This document shows positions 1 through 10,868 of a stretch of 24,726 nt of DNA, in pieces. Location: positions 1-24,726 of the forward strand of contig NW_021836501.1 of NCBI RefSeq assembly GCF_006345805.1, given 5' to 3'. A model generated the notes under the pieces. It was given only the letters and a program-made list of their open reading frames with translations. It searched no databases and was not told the origin of the DNA. The translations under genes and the position numbers were made by a program. The stretch's first letter is position 1; each line of letters begins with the position of its first letter. The stretch is from Octopus sinensis (lineage: Eukaryota).

Positions 1-490
1 CTTTCTATCTATCAACCTACCTACATACCTACCTACCTAGGTCCCTATCTACTAACATAGCTATCTATGTACTTTTCTATCTATTTATGTATGTATCTAT
101 CTATCTGTCTGTCTGTCTGTCTCTTCCCCCAGCTGTCTGTTTGTCTATGCATCTATTTTCTCAAACAATTATGCAACTATACAACAATATAGGTGGCAAG
201 CATGGGAATAAAAACCTCAAAAGTAATAATTATTATTAAAATTATAATTAAGGGTATCTAAGAGATACCACCATGCTGGAAATAGCAGTCAAAACTTGAC
301 TCGAATACCACATTAAATGTTCATACATTTAATGTGGTTTTAGAGTCAAGTTATATATATATATATAATATATATATATATACATTCATATGTATATATA
401 CATATATACATACATATATATATACTTATGTATGTATGTATAAGTATCGATTTATCTCTCTCTATCTATCTATATATATATATATATATA
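1..490. repeat. Compound microsatellite region (CTAT/CTAC/CTGT, then TA-rich)
   Basis: Tetranucleotide runs at 1-150 and (TA)n/(TACA)n at 352-490. Confidence 0.9.
293..352. repeat. 28-bp inverted repeat with 4-nt loop
   Basis: aacttgactcgaataccacattaaatgt-TCAT-acatttaatgtggttttagagtcaagtt; 2 mismatches. Confidence 0.85.
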
Positions 491-733
491 TCATCATCAT
501 CATCATCATCTAGCGTCCGCTTTCCATGCTAGCATGGGTTGGACGGTTCAACTGGGGTCTGTGAAGCCAGAAGGCTGCATCAGGCCCAGTCTGATCTGGC
601 AGTGTTTCTACGGCTGGATGCCCTTCCTAACGCCCACCACTCCATGAGTGTAGTGGGTGCTTTTTACGTGCCACCCGCACAGGTGCCAGACGGAGCTGGC
701 AAACAGCCATGGACGGATGGTGCTTTTTACGTG
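491..733 (-). mobile_element. SINE family C 3' part ((GAT)n tail, RTE-type end)
   Basis: Reverse complement of ...ggcgttaggaagggcatccagc.gtagaaac...cccatgctagcatggaaagcggacg-(GAT)n. Recurs at 5301, 7660, 8473, 17705 and 18107. Confidence 0.8.
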
Positions 734-734
734 T

Positions 735-1127
735 CTCTTTTACTCTTTTACTTGTTTCAGTCATTTGACTGCGACCATGCTGGAGCACCACCTTTAGTCG
801 AGTAAATCAACCCCAGGACTTATTCTTTGTAAGCCTAGTACTTATTCTATTGGACTCTTTTGCCAAACCGCTAAGTTACAGGGACGTAAACACACCAACA
901 TCGGTTGTCCAGCGATGTTGGGGGACAAAGACACACAAACACATACACACATATATATATACATATATACAATGGGCTTCTTTCAGTTTCCGTCTACCAA
1001 ATCCACTCACAAGACTTTGGTCAACCCAAGGCTATTGTAGAAGACACTTGCCCAAGGTTCCACACAGTGGGAATGAACCCGGAACCATGTGGTTGGTAAA
1101 CAAGCTACTTACCACACAGCCACTGCT
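735..1127 (-). mobile_element. SINE family A (tRNA-derived head, CORE-like segment), near full length
   Basis: Reverse complement of the element at 11693-12100: tggctgtgtggtaag (A box-like), ggttca.tccc (B box-like), ccttgggcaagtgtctt (CORE-like), internal (TA)/(TG) tract, and (AAAAGAGT)n tail. Confidence 0.85.
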
Positions 1128-1493
1128 GCGCACATACACACACACACAGACACAGACATGTATAACTTGGTTTTTCCTGTGCAAGTCTTTAATATTCTTC
1201 ATACAAACTACATCATGTTTCATTTGTGTTGCTTAGCAACTGTTTATTGATAAAACATTTTCATTTCCTTTTTGTTTTCCATTTAAAGTTTACTTCACCA
1301 ATTAATTGCTTTGAGGGTGTGCTTTTTTTTGGCTTCGTTATTTTCACCTGTTCTTCTGCAGTGATAGAAACAGTGAACATTTAATTCATTACAAACACTG
1401 CTATTGATGCAATCGTCATTATTATTATTATTATTTGTTATTATTATTATTATTATTATAATAATTATTATTATTATTACTATTATTATTATT

Positions 1494-1599
1494 GAGTGAG
1501 AGAGCAATGCATGCCATCAAAGTGACACTGGGGTAAAAATATACGAAGCCCAGTATACCCATCATGACTACCCGTCTGATAAGGGTACACCAGGCACTA

Positions 1600-1630
<31 letters not shown>

Positions 1631-1743
1631 TATTATTGAGTGAGAGAGCAGTGCATGCCATCAAAGTGACACTGGGGTAAAAATATACGAAGCCCAGTAT
1701 ACCCATTATGACTACCCGTCTGATAAGGGTACACCAGGCACTA

Positions 1744-1774
<31 letters not shown>

Positions 1775-1885
1775 TATTATTGAGTGAGAGAGCAATGCAT
1801 GCCATCAAAGTGACACTGGGGTAAAAATATACGAAGCCCAGTATACCCATCATGACTACCCGTCTGATAAGGGTACACCAGGCAC

Positions 1886-1924
<39 letters not shown>

Positions 1925-2034
1925 TATTATTGAGTGAGAGAGCAATGCATGCCATCAAAGTGACACTGGAGTAAAATATACAAAGCCCAGTATACCCATC
2001 ATAACTACCCGTCTGATAAGGGTACACCAGGCAC

Positions 2035-2076
<42 letters not shown>

Positions 2077-2614
2077 TATTATTGAGTGAGAGAGCAGTGC
2101 ATGCCATCAAGTGACACTGGGGTAAAATATACAAAGCCCAGTATACCCATTATGACTACCCGTCTGATAAGGGTACACCAGGCACATATTATTATTATTA
2201 CTATTACTATTATTATTGAGTGAGAGAGCAATGCATGCCATCAAAGTGACACTGGAGTAAAATACAAAGCCCAGTATACCCATCATAACTACCCGTCTGA
2301 TAAGGGTACACCAGGCACTATTATTATTATTATTATATTATTATTATTATTATTATTATTACTATTATTATTGAGTGAGAGAGCAGTGCATGCCATCAAA
2401 GTGACACTGGGGTAAAATATACAAAGCCCAGTATACCCATTATGACTACCCGTCTGATAAGGGTACACCAGGCACTATTATTATTATTATTACTATTACT
2501 ATTATTATTGAGTGAGAGAGCAATGCATGCCATCAAAGTGACACTGGAGTAAAATATACAAAGCCCAGTATACCCATCATAACTACCCGTCTGATAAGGG
2601 TACACCAGGCACTA

Positions 2615-2645
<31 letters not shown>

Positions 2646-2755
2646 TATTTTGAGTGAGAGAGCATGCATGCCATCAAAGTGACACTGAGGAAAAAATATA
2701 CAAAGCCCAGTATACCCATCATAACTACCCGTCTGATAAGGGTACACAGGCACTA

Positions 2756-2786
<31 letters not shown>

Positions 2787-2896
2787 TATTATTGAGTGAG
2801 AGAGCAGTGCATGCCATCAAAGTGACACTGGGGTAAAATACAAAGCCCAGTATACCCATTATGACTACCCGTCTGATAAGGGTACACCAGGCACTA

Positions 2897-2927
<31 letters not shown>

Positions 2928-3036
2928 ATTATTGAGTGATAGAGCAATGCATGCCATCAAAGTGACACTGGAGTAAAATATACAAAGCCCAGTATACCCA
3001 TCATAACTACCCGTCTGATAAGGGTACACCAGGCAC

Positions 3037-3084
<48 letters not shown>

Positions 3085-3194
3085 TATTATTGAGTGAGAG
3101 AGCAGTGCATGCCATCAAAGTGACACTGGGGTAAAATATACAAAGCCCAGTATACCCATTATGACTACCCGTCTGATAAGGGTACACCAGGCAC

Positions 3195-3230
<36 letters not shown>

Positions 3231-3340
3231 TATTATTGAGTGAGAGAGCAATGCATGCCATCAAAGTGACACTGGAGTAAAATATACAAAGCCCAGTATA
3301 CCCATCATAACTACCCGTCTGATAAGGGTACACCAGGCAC

Positions 3341-3400
<60 letters not shown>

Positions 3401-3649
3401 TATTATTGAGTGAGAGAGCAGTGCATGCCATCAAAGTGACACTGGGGTAAAATATACAAAGCCCAGTATACCCATTATGACTACCCGTCTGATAAGGGTA
3501 CACCAGGCACTATTATTATTATTATTACTATTACTATTATTATTGAGTGAGAGAGCAATGCATGCCATCAAAGTGACACTGGAGTAAAATATACAAAGCC
3601 CAGTATACCCATCATAACTACCCGTCTGATAAGGGTACACCAGGCACTA

Positions 3650-3680
<31 letters not shown>

Positions 3681-3971
3681 TATTATTGAGTGAGAAAGCA
3701 GTGCAAGCCATTAAAGTGACACTGGAGTAAAATATACAAAGCCCAGTATACCCATTATGACTACCCGTCTGATAAGGGTACACCAGGCACTATTATTATT
3801 ATTATTACTATTACTATTATTATTGAGTGAGAGAGCAATGCATGCCATCAAAGTGACACTGGAGTAAAATATACAAAGCCCAGTATACCCATCATAACTA
3901 CCCGTCTGATAAGGGTACACCAGGCACTATTATTATTATTATTATTATTATTATCATTATTATTATTATTA

Positions 3972-4005
<34 letters not shown>
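1494..4005. repeat. Tandem array: about 103-bp constant unit + variable (ATT)n spacer, 17 copies plus parent copy
   Basis: Unit gagtgagagagc...gggtacaccaggcac starts at 1494, 1638, 1782, 1932, 2084, 2218, 2373, 2510, 2652, 2794, 2934, 3092, 3238, 3408, 3545, 3688 and 3825. The 18th copy (4006) continues into a longer element. Confidence 0.95.
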
Positions 4006-4560
4006 GAGTGAGAGAGCAGTGCATGCCATCAAAGTGACACTGGGGTAAAATATATGAAGCCTAGTATACCCATCATGACTACCCGTCTGATAAAGGTACA
4101 CCAGGCACATGCATCACAACCATATGTGCGCGACATGGTGATCTCATATCAAGATAAACAGCACATGACATTGCAGGTGGAGCCCAGTTAGAATTTTCTT
4201 CTGGTCGAGTAGCCCATCCCGCTCAAAAGGTCCTTGAATAAGGATTGTTTAAGGATGTTGAACGAACCACCCATGTTTCCAGAGGTGGATTATTCAAACC
4301 CCAAAGAATCCCTCTCAACACATGGCTATGATGCTCCCCCACTACTTCTGCTCGTGATCAGAGATGCACATATCGTCAGCCACTCAGGGACATGCTCAAC
4401 TGGTTAAGGTCAAACAACTGACAAGCAAATCTGTGGTATTGAGCAGAATATTTGCTGTAGCCCATCTTTTATACCAAGACAAAACAATGTACATGATAAC
4501 ACTTCCAATTAGTTAAGATCAGAAGCCATGAGAGCTACTGCCTGGTACTGCATCAGGGCA
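4006..4560 (-). mobile_element. About 555-bp non-coding interspersed element embedded in (ATT)n; parent of the 103-bp array
   Basis: First 103 bp equal the array unit, and the element is flanked by ATT/ATC repeats on both sides. Minus orientation is inferred from an (AAT)n tail and a G-U-containing hairpin that forms best on the minus strand. Family not identified. Confidence 0.6.
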
Positions 4561-4596
4561 TTTATCATCATCATCATCATTATTATTATTATTATT

Positions 4597-5300
4597 AAGG
4601 TGGTGAGCTTGGCAGAATCATTAGCACACTGGACAAAATGCTAAGCAGTATTTTGCCTGTCGCTCCGAGATCAACTTTGCCTTTCATCTTTTTTTTTGGG
4701 GGGGGGCAATAAATTAAGTACCAGTTGAGTACTGGGGTCAATGTAATCAACTAGTCCCCCCCCAAAATGGCTGCCCTTGTGGCAAAATTTGAAACCATTA
4801 TTATCATTATTATTATTATTATTACTATTATTATTATTATTATTATCATTTTTATTTTGGCAAAAGATGGCAAGCTGGCAGAACCATTAGCATGCCAGAC
4901 AAAATGCTTAGCGGCATTTTGTCCGTCTTCATATTCTGAGTTCAAATTCCGTCGAGGTCAGCTTTGCCTTTCATCCTTCGGTCAATGAAATAAGTACCAG
5001 TTGAACACTGGGGGGGTCGATGTAGTAGATTTACACACAACCCCTAATTTGCTGGCCTTGTGCCAAAATTTTAAACCATTATTATTATAACTATTTTGGC
5101 AAAAGGCGGTGAGCTGGCAGAATTGTTAGCAATGCTGGTTGAAATGCTCAGCGGCATTTTGTCCATCTGTACATTCTGAGTTCAAATTCTGCTGAGGTCA
5201 ACTTTGACTTTCATCTTTTTGGGGTCAATGAAATAAGTACCTGTGAAACACTGGGGTCGATGTTATAAACTAGTCCCCTTTCCAAAATTTCAGGCCTTGT
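4597..5300 (+). mobile_element. Three head-to-tail SINE family B copies (4597-4796, 4862-5077, 5101-5300)
   Basis: Each reads aagg.gg.gagctggcagaa..ttagca...ttctgagttcaaattc...ctttgcctttcatc...taagtacc...ctggggtc...(ATT)n. gagttcaaattc is B box-like (this segment is deleted in the first copy). Confidence 0.85.
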
Positions 5301-5498
5301 TCATCATCATCATCATCATCATCGTTTAACGTCCGTTCTCCATGCTAGCATGGGTTGGACGGTTCGACCGGGGATCTGGGAAGCCAGGAGGCTGCACCAG
5401 GCTCCGGTCTTATCTGGCAATATTTCTACAGCTGGATGCCCTTCCTAATGCCAACCACTCCGTGAGTGTAGTGGGTGCTTTTTACGTGCCACCTGCAC
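5301..5498 (-). mobile_element. SINE family C fragment inserted in the tail of a family B copy
   Basis: (CAT)n-cgtttaacgtccg...tttttacgtgccacc. The B tail (agtagaaaggattatt) resumes at about 5500. Confidence 0.8.
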
Positions 5499-5539
5499 TG
5501 TAGTAGAAAGGATTATTATTATAATTATTATTATTATTT

Positions 5540-5930
5540 AAGGCAGGGAGCTGGCAGAAACGTTAGAACACTGGGAGAAACGCTTTGTGGTATTTCATCC
5601 GCCGCTGCATTCTGAGTTCAAATTCCGCCATGGTCGACTTTGCCTTTCATCCTTTCGGGGATCGATTAAATAAGTACCAGTTACGCACTGAGTCGATGCA
5701 ATCGACTTAATCCATTTGTTTGTCCCCTCTGTGTTTAGCCCCTTGTGGGTAGTAAAGAAACAGGTATTTCATCTGTCTTTATGTTCTGAGTTCAAATTCC
5801 GCCGAAGATGACTTTGCCTGTTATCCTTTCGGGATCAATTAAATAAGTACCAGTTGCATACTGGGGTCGATCTAATCAACTAGCCCTGTATCCCAAAAAT
5901 TTCAGGCCTTAAGCCTAAAGTAGAAAAGAT
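5540..5930 (+). mobile_element. SINE family B, dimeric form
   Basis: Full B monomer ending gtagtaaagaaa, joined to an internal B restart ggtatttcatctgtcttt..ttctgagttc. Confidence 0.8.
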
Positions 5931-5958
5931 TATTATTATCATTATTGTTATTATTATT

Positions 5959-6334
5959 CAGTAGTTATATTTTCATAATGTGCTTTCACTTCACTACCGA
6001 GCGCAGCTCTGTGTGCCTTGGCTATGTGCTGTGATTTGTTGCGATGCTCTGATGGTTACTGTATTGAAAGTGTTTTGCATAGGATGTGTGCAGTGCCTAG
6101 TAGTGCAATTTTCTGTATGTTATATATGTTTGTAAGTCCTGGTGTTTTTGTTATGTATTTGTCTGAATATTTTTTTATCATGCCTAATGCACCTACTATG
6201 ATAGGAATTGTTTCTGTTTTTAGATTCCCCATTCGAGTTACCTGTTTACAGGTCTTTGTATCTTTGTATTTTGAAAGTTTCTCCATTTCTTTTAGAGACA
6301 CGTTGTCGTCTGCTGGTATTGATACATCAATTAG
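5959..6334 (-). mobile_element. 5'-truncated R4/Dong-like non-LTR retrotransposon 3' end (restriction-like endonuclease C-terminus + 3' UTR)
   Basis: Minus-strand peptide LIDVSIPADDNVSLKEMEKLSKYKD...TETIPIIVGALGMI...IQKIALLGTAHILCKTL matches the RLE-domain pattern (IDV..P..N...KE.EK..KY, IPI..GALG, Q...LLG...IL). Ends in (AAT)n and sits in an ATT repeat, the known Dong target type. Confidence 0.88.
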
Positions 6335-6370
6335 TATTATTATTATTTTTTTTATTATTATTGCTACTTT

Positions 6371-7100
6371 AAGGCGGCAAGCTGGCAGAATCATTAGCAT
6401 ACTGGGTGAAATGCTTAACAGTATTTCATCTGTCTTCGTGTTCTGAGTTCAAATGCCACAAGGGTCAACTTTGCCTTTCATCCTTTCAAGGTTGAAAAAT
6501 TAAGTACCAGTTATACACTGGGGTCGATGTAATTGACGTAATCCCTTCCTCAAAATGAGGCCTTGTGCTTCCAGTAGAAAGGATCATTATTATTATTATT
6601 ATTATTATTATTTATTATTGCTACTATTACTCGTTTAAGGCAGCAAGCTGGCAGAGTTGTTAGCACGCCAGACAAAATGCTTAGTGTCATTTTGTCCAAC
6701 CTTACATTTGAAGTTCAAATTCTGCTGGGGTCAACTTTGCCTTTCACCCTTTTGGGGGCCAAATAATTAAGTAGCAGTGAAACACTGGGGTCTAGGTAAT
6801 TGACTAGTAGCCTTCCCCCAAAAAATTTCAGGCATTGTGCCATTAGTAGAAAGGATTATTATTATTATTATTACTATTACTGTAAGGTGGTGAGCTGGCA
6901 GAATCATTAGCACACTGGACAGAATGCTTAGTGGTATTTCCCCCATCGCTATTTTCTGAGTTCAAATGCCACCAAGGTCGACTTTGCCTTTCATCCTCTC
7001 AGAGTCGATAAAATAAAATACCACCTAAACACTGGAACTGATGTAACCAGTTTTCCTCCTCCCATCAAATTGCAGATCTTGTATCAAAACTAGGAAGAGT
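6371..7100 (+). mobile_element. Three further head-to-tail SINE family B copies (6371-6585, 6637-6856, 6884-7100)
   Basis: Same motifs as 4597-5300, separated by (ATT)n. Confidence 0.85.
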
Positions 7101-7190
7101 TATCATTAGTTTTCTCTGTCAGAATCCCTTCATTGCTACTCACGCCCTCATCAAGGACAAACCTTCATTCCTCAAATCAGAAATTTTAAG

Positions 7191-7290
7191 CAGTGGTTTT
7201 CAACCATTTTTGACCTTTGGTTCGGATTTTACTTGGATGAACCCTCCTCGCCAGTTGATGTTTAAAAAACCCTATAATATTTTTTATAAC
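7191..7290 (+). mobile_element. Possible single end of a hAT/Charlie-like DNA transposon
   Basis: Begins cagtggttttcaacc, similar to CAGTGGTTCTCAACC-type termini. No partner TIR seen. Confidence 0.35.
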
Positions 7291-7299
7291 TGTGCTAAG

Positions 7300-8185
7300 A
7301 AGCTTGCTTACCAATCACATAATTCCAGGTTCAGTGCTACCATGTTGCACCTTGGGCAAGTGTATTCTACTATAGCCTCAGGTTGACCAAAGCCTTGTGA
7401 GTGGATTTTGTAGATGGAAACTGAAAGAAGCATGTCATATGTATGTATATATACATGTGTATATGCCAGCGCCGCCCCGACTGGCTTCTGTGCCGGTGGC
7501 GCATAAAAAGCACCATCCGAACGTGGCCGTCGCCAGTGCCGCCTTGGCTGGCTTCCATGCCGGTGGCACGTTAAAAGCTCCAACCGATCGTGGCCGATGC
7601 CGGACCCCCCTGGCACCTGTGCAGGTGGCACGTAAAAAGCACCCAATACACTCGCGGAGTGGTTGGCATTAGGAAGGGCATCCAGCTGTAGAAACTCTGC
7701 CAGATCAGACTGGAGCCTGGTGCAGCCCTGGCTTCCCAGACCCCGGTCGAACCGTCCAACCCGTGCTAGCGCGGAAAACGGACGTTAAACGATGATGATG
7801 ATGATATACACGTGGCCGTTCCAGCACTGCCTCAACTGGCCTCCGTGCTGGTGGCACGTAAAAAGCACCAACCGATTGTGGCCATTGCCAGCCTCCTCTG
7901 GCACAGGTGCCAGAGGAGGCATCGTTAAACGATGATGATGATGATATGATGATGATAATGTGTGTGTGTGTGTGTGTTTGTCCTCCCACTGCCTCATGAG
8001 AACCGGTGTTAGCATGCTTACATCTTCATAACTTAGCAGTTCAGCAAAAATGATCAACAGAATAAGTCCCAGGTTTTAAAAAGATAAGTACTGTGCATTG
8101 ATTCATTCAACTAAAATTCCTCAAGCTGATGCCCCAGCATGGCCACAGTCTAATTAATGACTGAAATAAGTAAAAGATAAAAGAT
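7300..8185 (+). mobile_element. Diverged SINE family A split by family C material (about 7464-7955)
   Basis: A head 7300-7440 and A tail 7960-8185. Between them are ggtggcacgtaaaaagcacc modules and a + strand C 3' end with (GAT)n at 7660-7805. Confidence 0.75.
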
Positions 8186-8205
8186 TTGTGTGTGTGTGTG
8201 TGTGT

Positions 8206-8467
8206 CACATGATCACGTGACTGACCAGGCTATCAAATGTTGTTACACATCACTAGTCACTGTGCAGTTCTGCATTGTTTTAGCCTTCAAATGACACCAC
8301 CCCGCTGGCTAGGCGAGCAGGGCAACAATAAAACCCCTAATCGAAAAGAGGGACTGGAGCAACGTGAAATGAAGTGTTTTGCTCAAGAACACAATGTTCT
8401 GCCCAGTCAGGAAATCGAACACGGGATCTAGTGATAATGAGTGCAACAGCCTAACCATTAAGCCACT
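8206..8467 (-). mobile_element. SINE family D (tRNA head + CORE-like segment); monomer related to the 117-bp array
   Basis: Reverse complement of 8351-8467 (tggcttaatggttaggctgttgcactcat...cattgtgttcttgagcaaaacacttcatttcacgttgctccagtcc) aligns with the array unit. 8206-8325 aligns with the tail at 12785-12905. Confidence 0.85.
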
Positions 8468-8472
8468 ATGTA

Positions 8473-8879
8473 TCATCATCATCATCATCATCATTTAACG
8501 TCCGCTTTCCATGCTAGCATGGGTTGGACGGTTCAACTGGGGTCTGGGGAGCCCGAAGGCTGCACCAGGCCAGTCAGATTTGGCAGTGTTTCTACAGCTG
8601 AATGCCCTTCCTAACGCCAACCACTCCGAGAGTGTAGTGGGTGATTTTATGTGCCACCGACACAGGTGCCAGACGAGGCTGGCGAACGGCCATGCTCGGA
8701 TGGTGTTTTTTATGTGCCACCGACACAGGTGCCAGACGAGGCTGGCGAACGGCCATGCTCGGATGGTGTTTTTTATGTGCCACCGACACAGGTGCCAGAC
8801 GAGGCTGGCAGACAGCCACGCTCGGATGGTGTTTTTATGTGCCACTGACACAGGTGCCAGATGAGGCTGGCGAATGGCA
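8473..8879 (-). mobile_element. SINE family C with internal 63-bp tandem repeat (about 3.7 copies, 8645-8879)
   Basis: (CAT)n-ttaacgtccgctttcc...; gtgccac.gacacaggtgccaga at 8651, 8714, 8777 and 8839. Confidence 0.85.
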
Positions 8880-9221
8880 TGTATACATATCTGTACGTAT
8901 GTATATGTACATATGTATATATATCTGTATGTATGTATATGTATCTGTATGTATGTATATGTACATATGTATATGTATCTGTATGCATATGTACCTGTAT
9001 GTATGTATATGTATCTGTATGTATATGTGTTTGCGTGTATGTATACGTATCTGTATGTTTCTGTATGTATGTATATGTACATATGTGGATGTATCTGTAT
9101 GTATATGTACCTGTATGTATGTATGCATTTATACATATCTGTATGTATGAATATGTACATATGTATATGTATCTGTATTTATATGTACCTGTATGTATGT
9201 ATACGTATCTGTATGTATATG
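8880..9221. repeat. (TGTA/TATG)-based compound microsatellite
   Basis: Degenerate tgtatgtatatgtatc units, with similar tracts at 15290-15480 and 16030-16300. Source of the many Y/I/C/M/V-rich ORFs. Confidence 0.9.
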
Positions 9222-9222
9222 T

Positions 9223-9631
9223 AAGGCGGCGAGCTGGCAGAAACGTTAGCACGCCAGGCGAAATGCTTAGCAGTATTTCGTCCGCCGTTACATTCTGAGT
9301 TCAAATTCCGCCGAGGTCGACTTTGCCTTTCATCCTTTCGGGGTCGATTAAATAAGTACCAGTTACGCACTGGGGTCGATGTAATCAACTTAATCCGTTT
9401 GTCTGTCCTTGTTTGTCCTCTCTGTGTTTAGCCCCTTGTGGGTAGTAAAGAAATAGGTATTTCATCTGTCTTTACATTCTGAGTTCAAATTCCTCCGAGG
9501 TCGACTCTGCCTTTCATCCTTTCGTGGTCAATAAATTAAGGACCAGTTACGCACAGGGGTCGATATAATTGACTTAATCCCTTTGTCTGTCCTTGTTTGT
9601 CGCCTCTGAGTTTAGCCCCTTGTAAAGAAAT
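9223..9631 (+). mobile_element. SINE family B, dimeric form, ending about 70 bp before exon 9704
   Basis: aaggcggcgagctggcag... then aaagaaata|ggtatttcatctgtctttacattctgagttc restart at about 9456. Confidence 0.85.
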
Positions 9632-9703
9632 GGGTATGTATATATATCTGTATGTATCTGTATATATGTGTATATAAAGACCAATGGTTGCCCTTTTTTA
9701 CAG

Positions 9704-9867
9704 CATGATGATTAGTCGCAGTACCAGCAGCATTTTGAAGTTGACCTCCCCAGAGGTCAAAGAACAGATGTATGGATCCTTCCGGACAAAATTGTACGAA
9801 GCCAATCAAGAAGCTAACGACTGCCTGGATTACTTAAACCGGATCAGAAGAATGATCCGTTCTTCAG
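9704..9867 (+). CDS. Coding exon of a TMEM272-like membrane protein (cytoplasmic N-terminal part)
   Basis: Acceptor ccctttttTACAG (AG 9702-9703) and donor TCAG|GTAAGT (GT 9868-9869). Only one frame is open: MMISRSTSSILKLTSPEVKEQMYGSFRTKLYEANQEANDCLDYLNRIRRMIRSS(G). Non-repetitive sequence ending in phase 1, matching exon 22409. ATG 9705 may be the start, or an upstream exon may exist. Family call is from recalled similarity to invertebrate TMEM272-like N-termini. Confidence 0.8.
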
Positions 9868-9876
9868 GTAAGTAAG

Positions 9877-10268
9877 GCGTAGTAGTGGCTGTGTGGTAAG
9901 TGGGTTCAGTCCCACTACGTGGCACCTCGGGCAAGTGTCTTCTACTATAGCCTCGGGCCGACCAAAGCCTTGTGAGTGGATTTGGTAGACGGAAACTGAA
10001 AGAAGCCTGTCGTATATATGTATGGTATATATGTATGTGTGTGTATGTATATGTTTGTGTGTCTGTGTTTGTACCCGCCAACACGCTTGACAACCGATGC
10101 TGGTGTGTTTACGTCCCCGTAACTTAGCGGTTCGGCAAAAGAGACCGATAGAATAAGTACTAGGCTTACAAAGAATAAGTCCCGGGGTCGATTTGCTCGA
10201 CTAAAGGCGGTGCTCCAGCATGGCCGCAGTCAAATGACTGAAACAAGTAAAAGAGAGAGAAAGAGAGA
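9877..10268 (+). mobile_element. SINE family A starting 9 nt into the intron
   Basis: ggcgtagtagtggctgtgtggtaagt...(deletion in head)...aaacaagtaaaagagag. Confidence 0.85.
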
Positions 10269-10799
10269 TTTAACTTCATCATCATCATCGTCCAGTGTTT
10301 TTTAAATCTACATGTTGTCCCCATCAACAGGCGTGGTCGGATCTAACTCAATGCCATAGCAACAAAGGGAGGCAGGTGCAGCCCAACCCAACCCTTGGGT
10401 TGGCTGGTACCCATTCTCCCTTGCTATCATAAGGCTTTTTGGGAGCTGGATTTTCTACAGGGAGTATGCCCTTGTTTACATCCAACCTCAGTTTCTAGAC
10501 ATGAGTGGTCCCAAGACTAAGGCCTCTACCGTGATTTTTAAGAAATGTGGTGGAAAACTAGCTCAGGAAGGCAGGGATGCTACTCCCTGAGACCCCTTTC
10601 GGAGCCCCACTACCTTGCTTGTAGTTTCTTGTATATTTTATGACCACATGGTAAGGTAAACAAGTTTACTTTCATAGAAAAATCAAAAAACTACAAATGA
10701 TATGACTTTACACAGCATCTGCTTAATGGGCCCTGATTCTGGAATTTCAGGGTCTTCTAGGGTGTGGAACCACCTCTAAGCCATTGTTGTTCCCAGGTC

Positions 10800-10868
<69 letters not shown>

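Noticed and set aside
1494-4108. CRISPR array
   Set aside because: Repeats are 103 bp, spacers are (ATT)n rather than unique, no cas genes are present and the context is eukaryotic.
1431-4110. Poly-Asn/poly-Ile/poly-Leu ORFs
   Set aside because: Translations of the (ATT)n array, with frames broken by scattered indels.
4490-4560. HDV-like ribozyme at the putative 5' end of the 4006-4560 element, or hammerhead at ctgataa in the array unit
   Set aside because: No P1/P1.1 pairing found; ctgataa breaks CUGANGA and has no GAAA partner.
8495-9298. Overlapping 100-220 aa ORFs (also at 12065-12692 and 15073-16354)
   Set aside because: Low-complexity TA/TG/TGTA microsatellites lacking stop codons.
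9704-9867. Dynein heavy chain N-terminal similarity (EANQEANDCLDYL)
   Set aside because: Superficial; the in-phase TM exon fits a TMEM272-like protein better.
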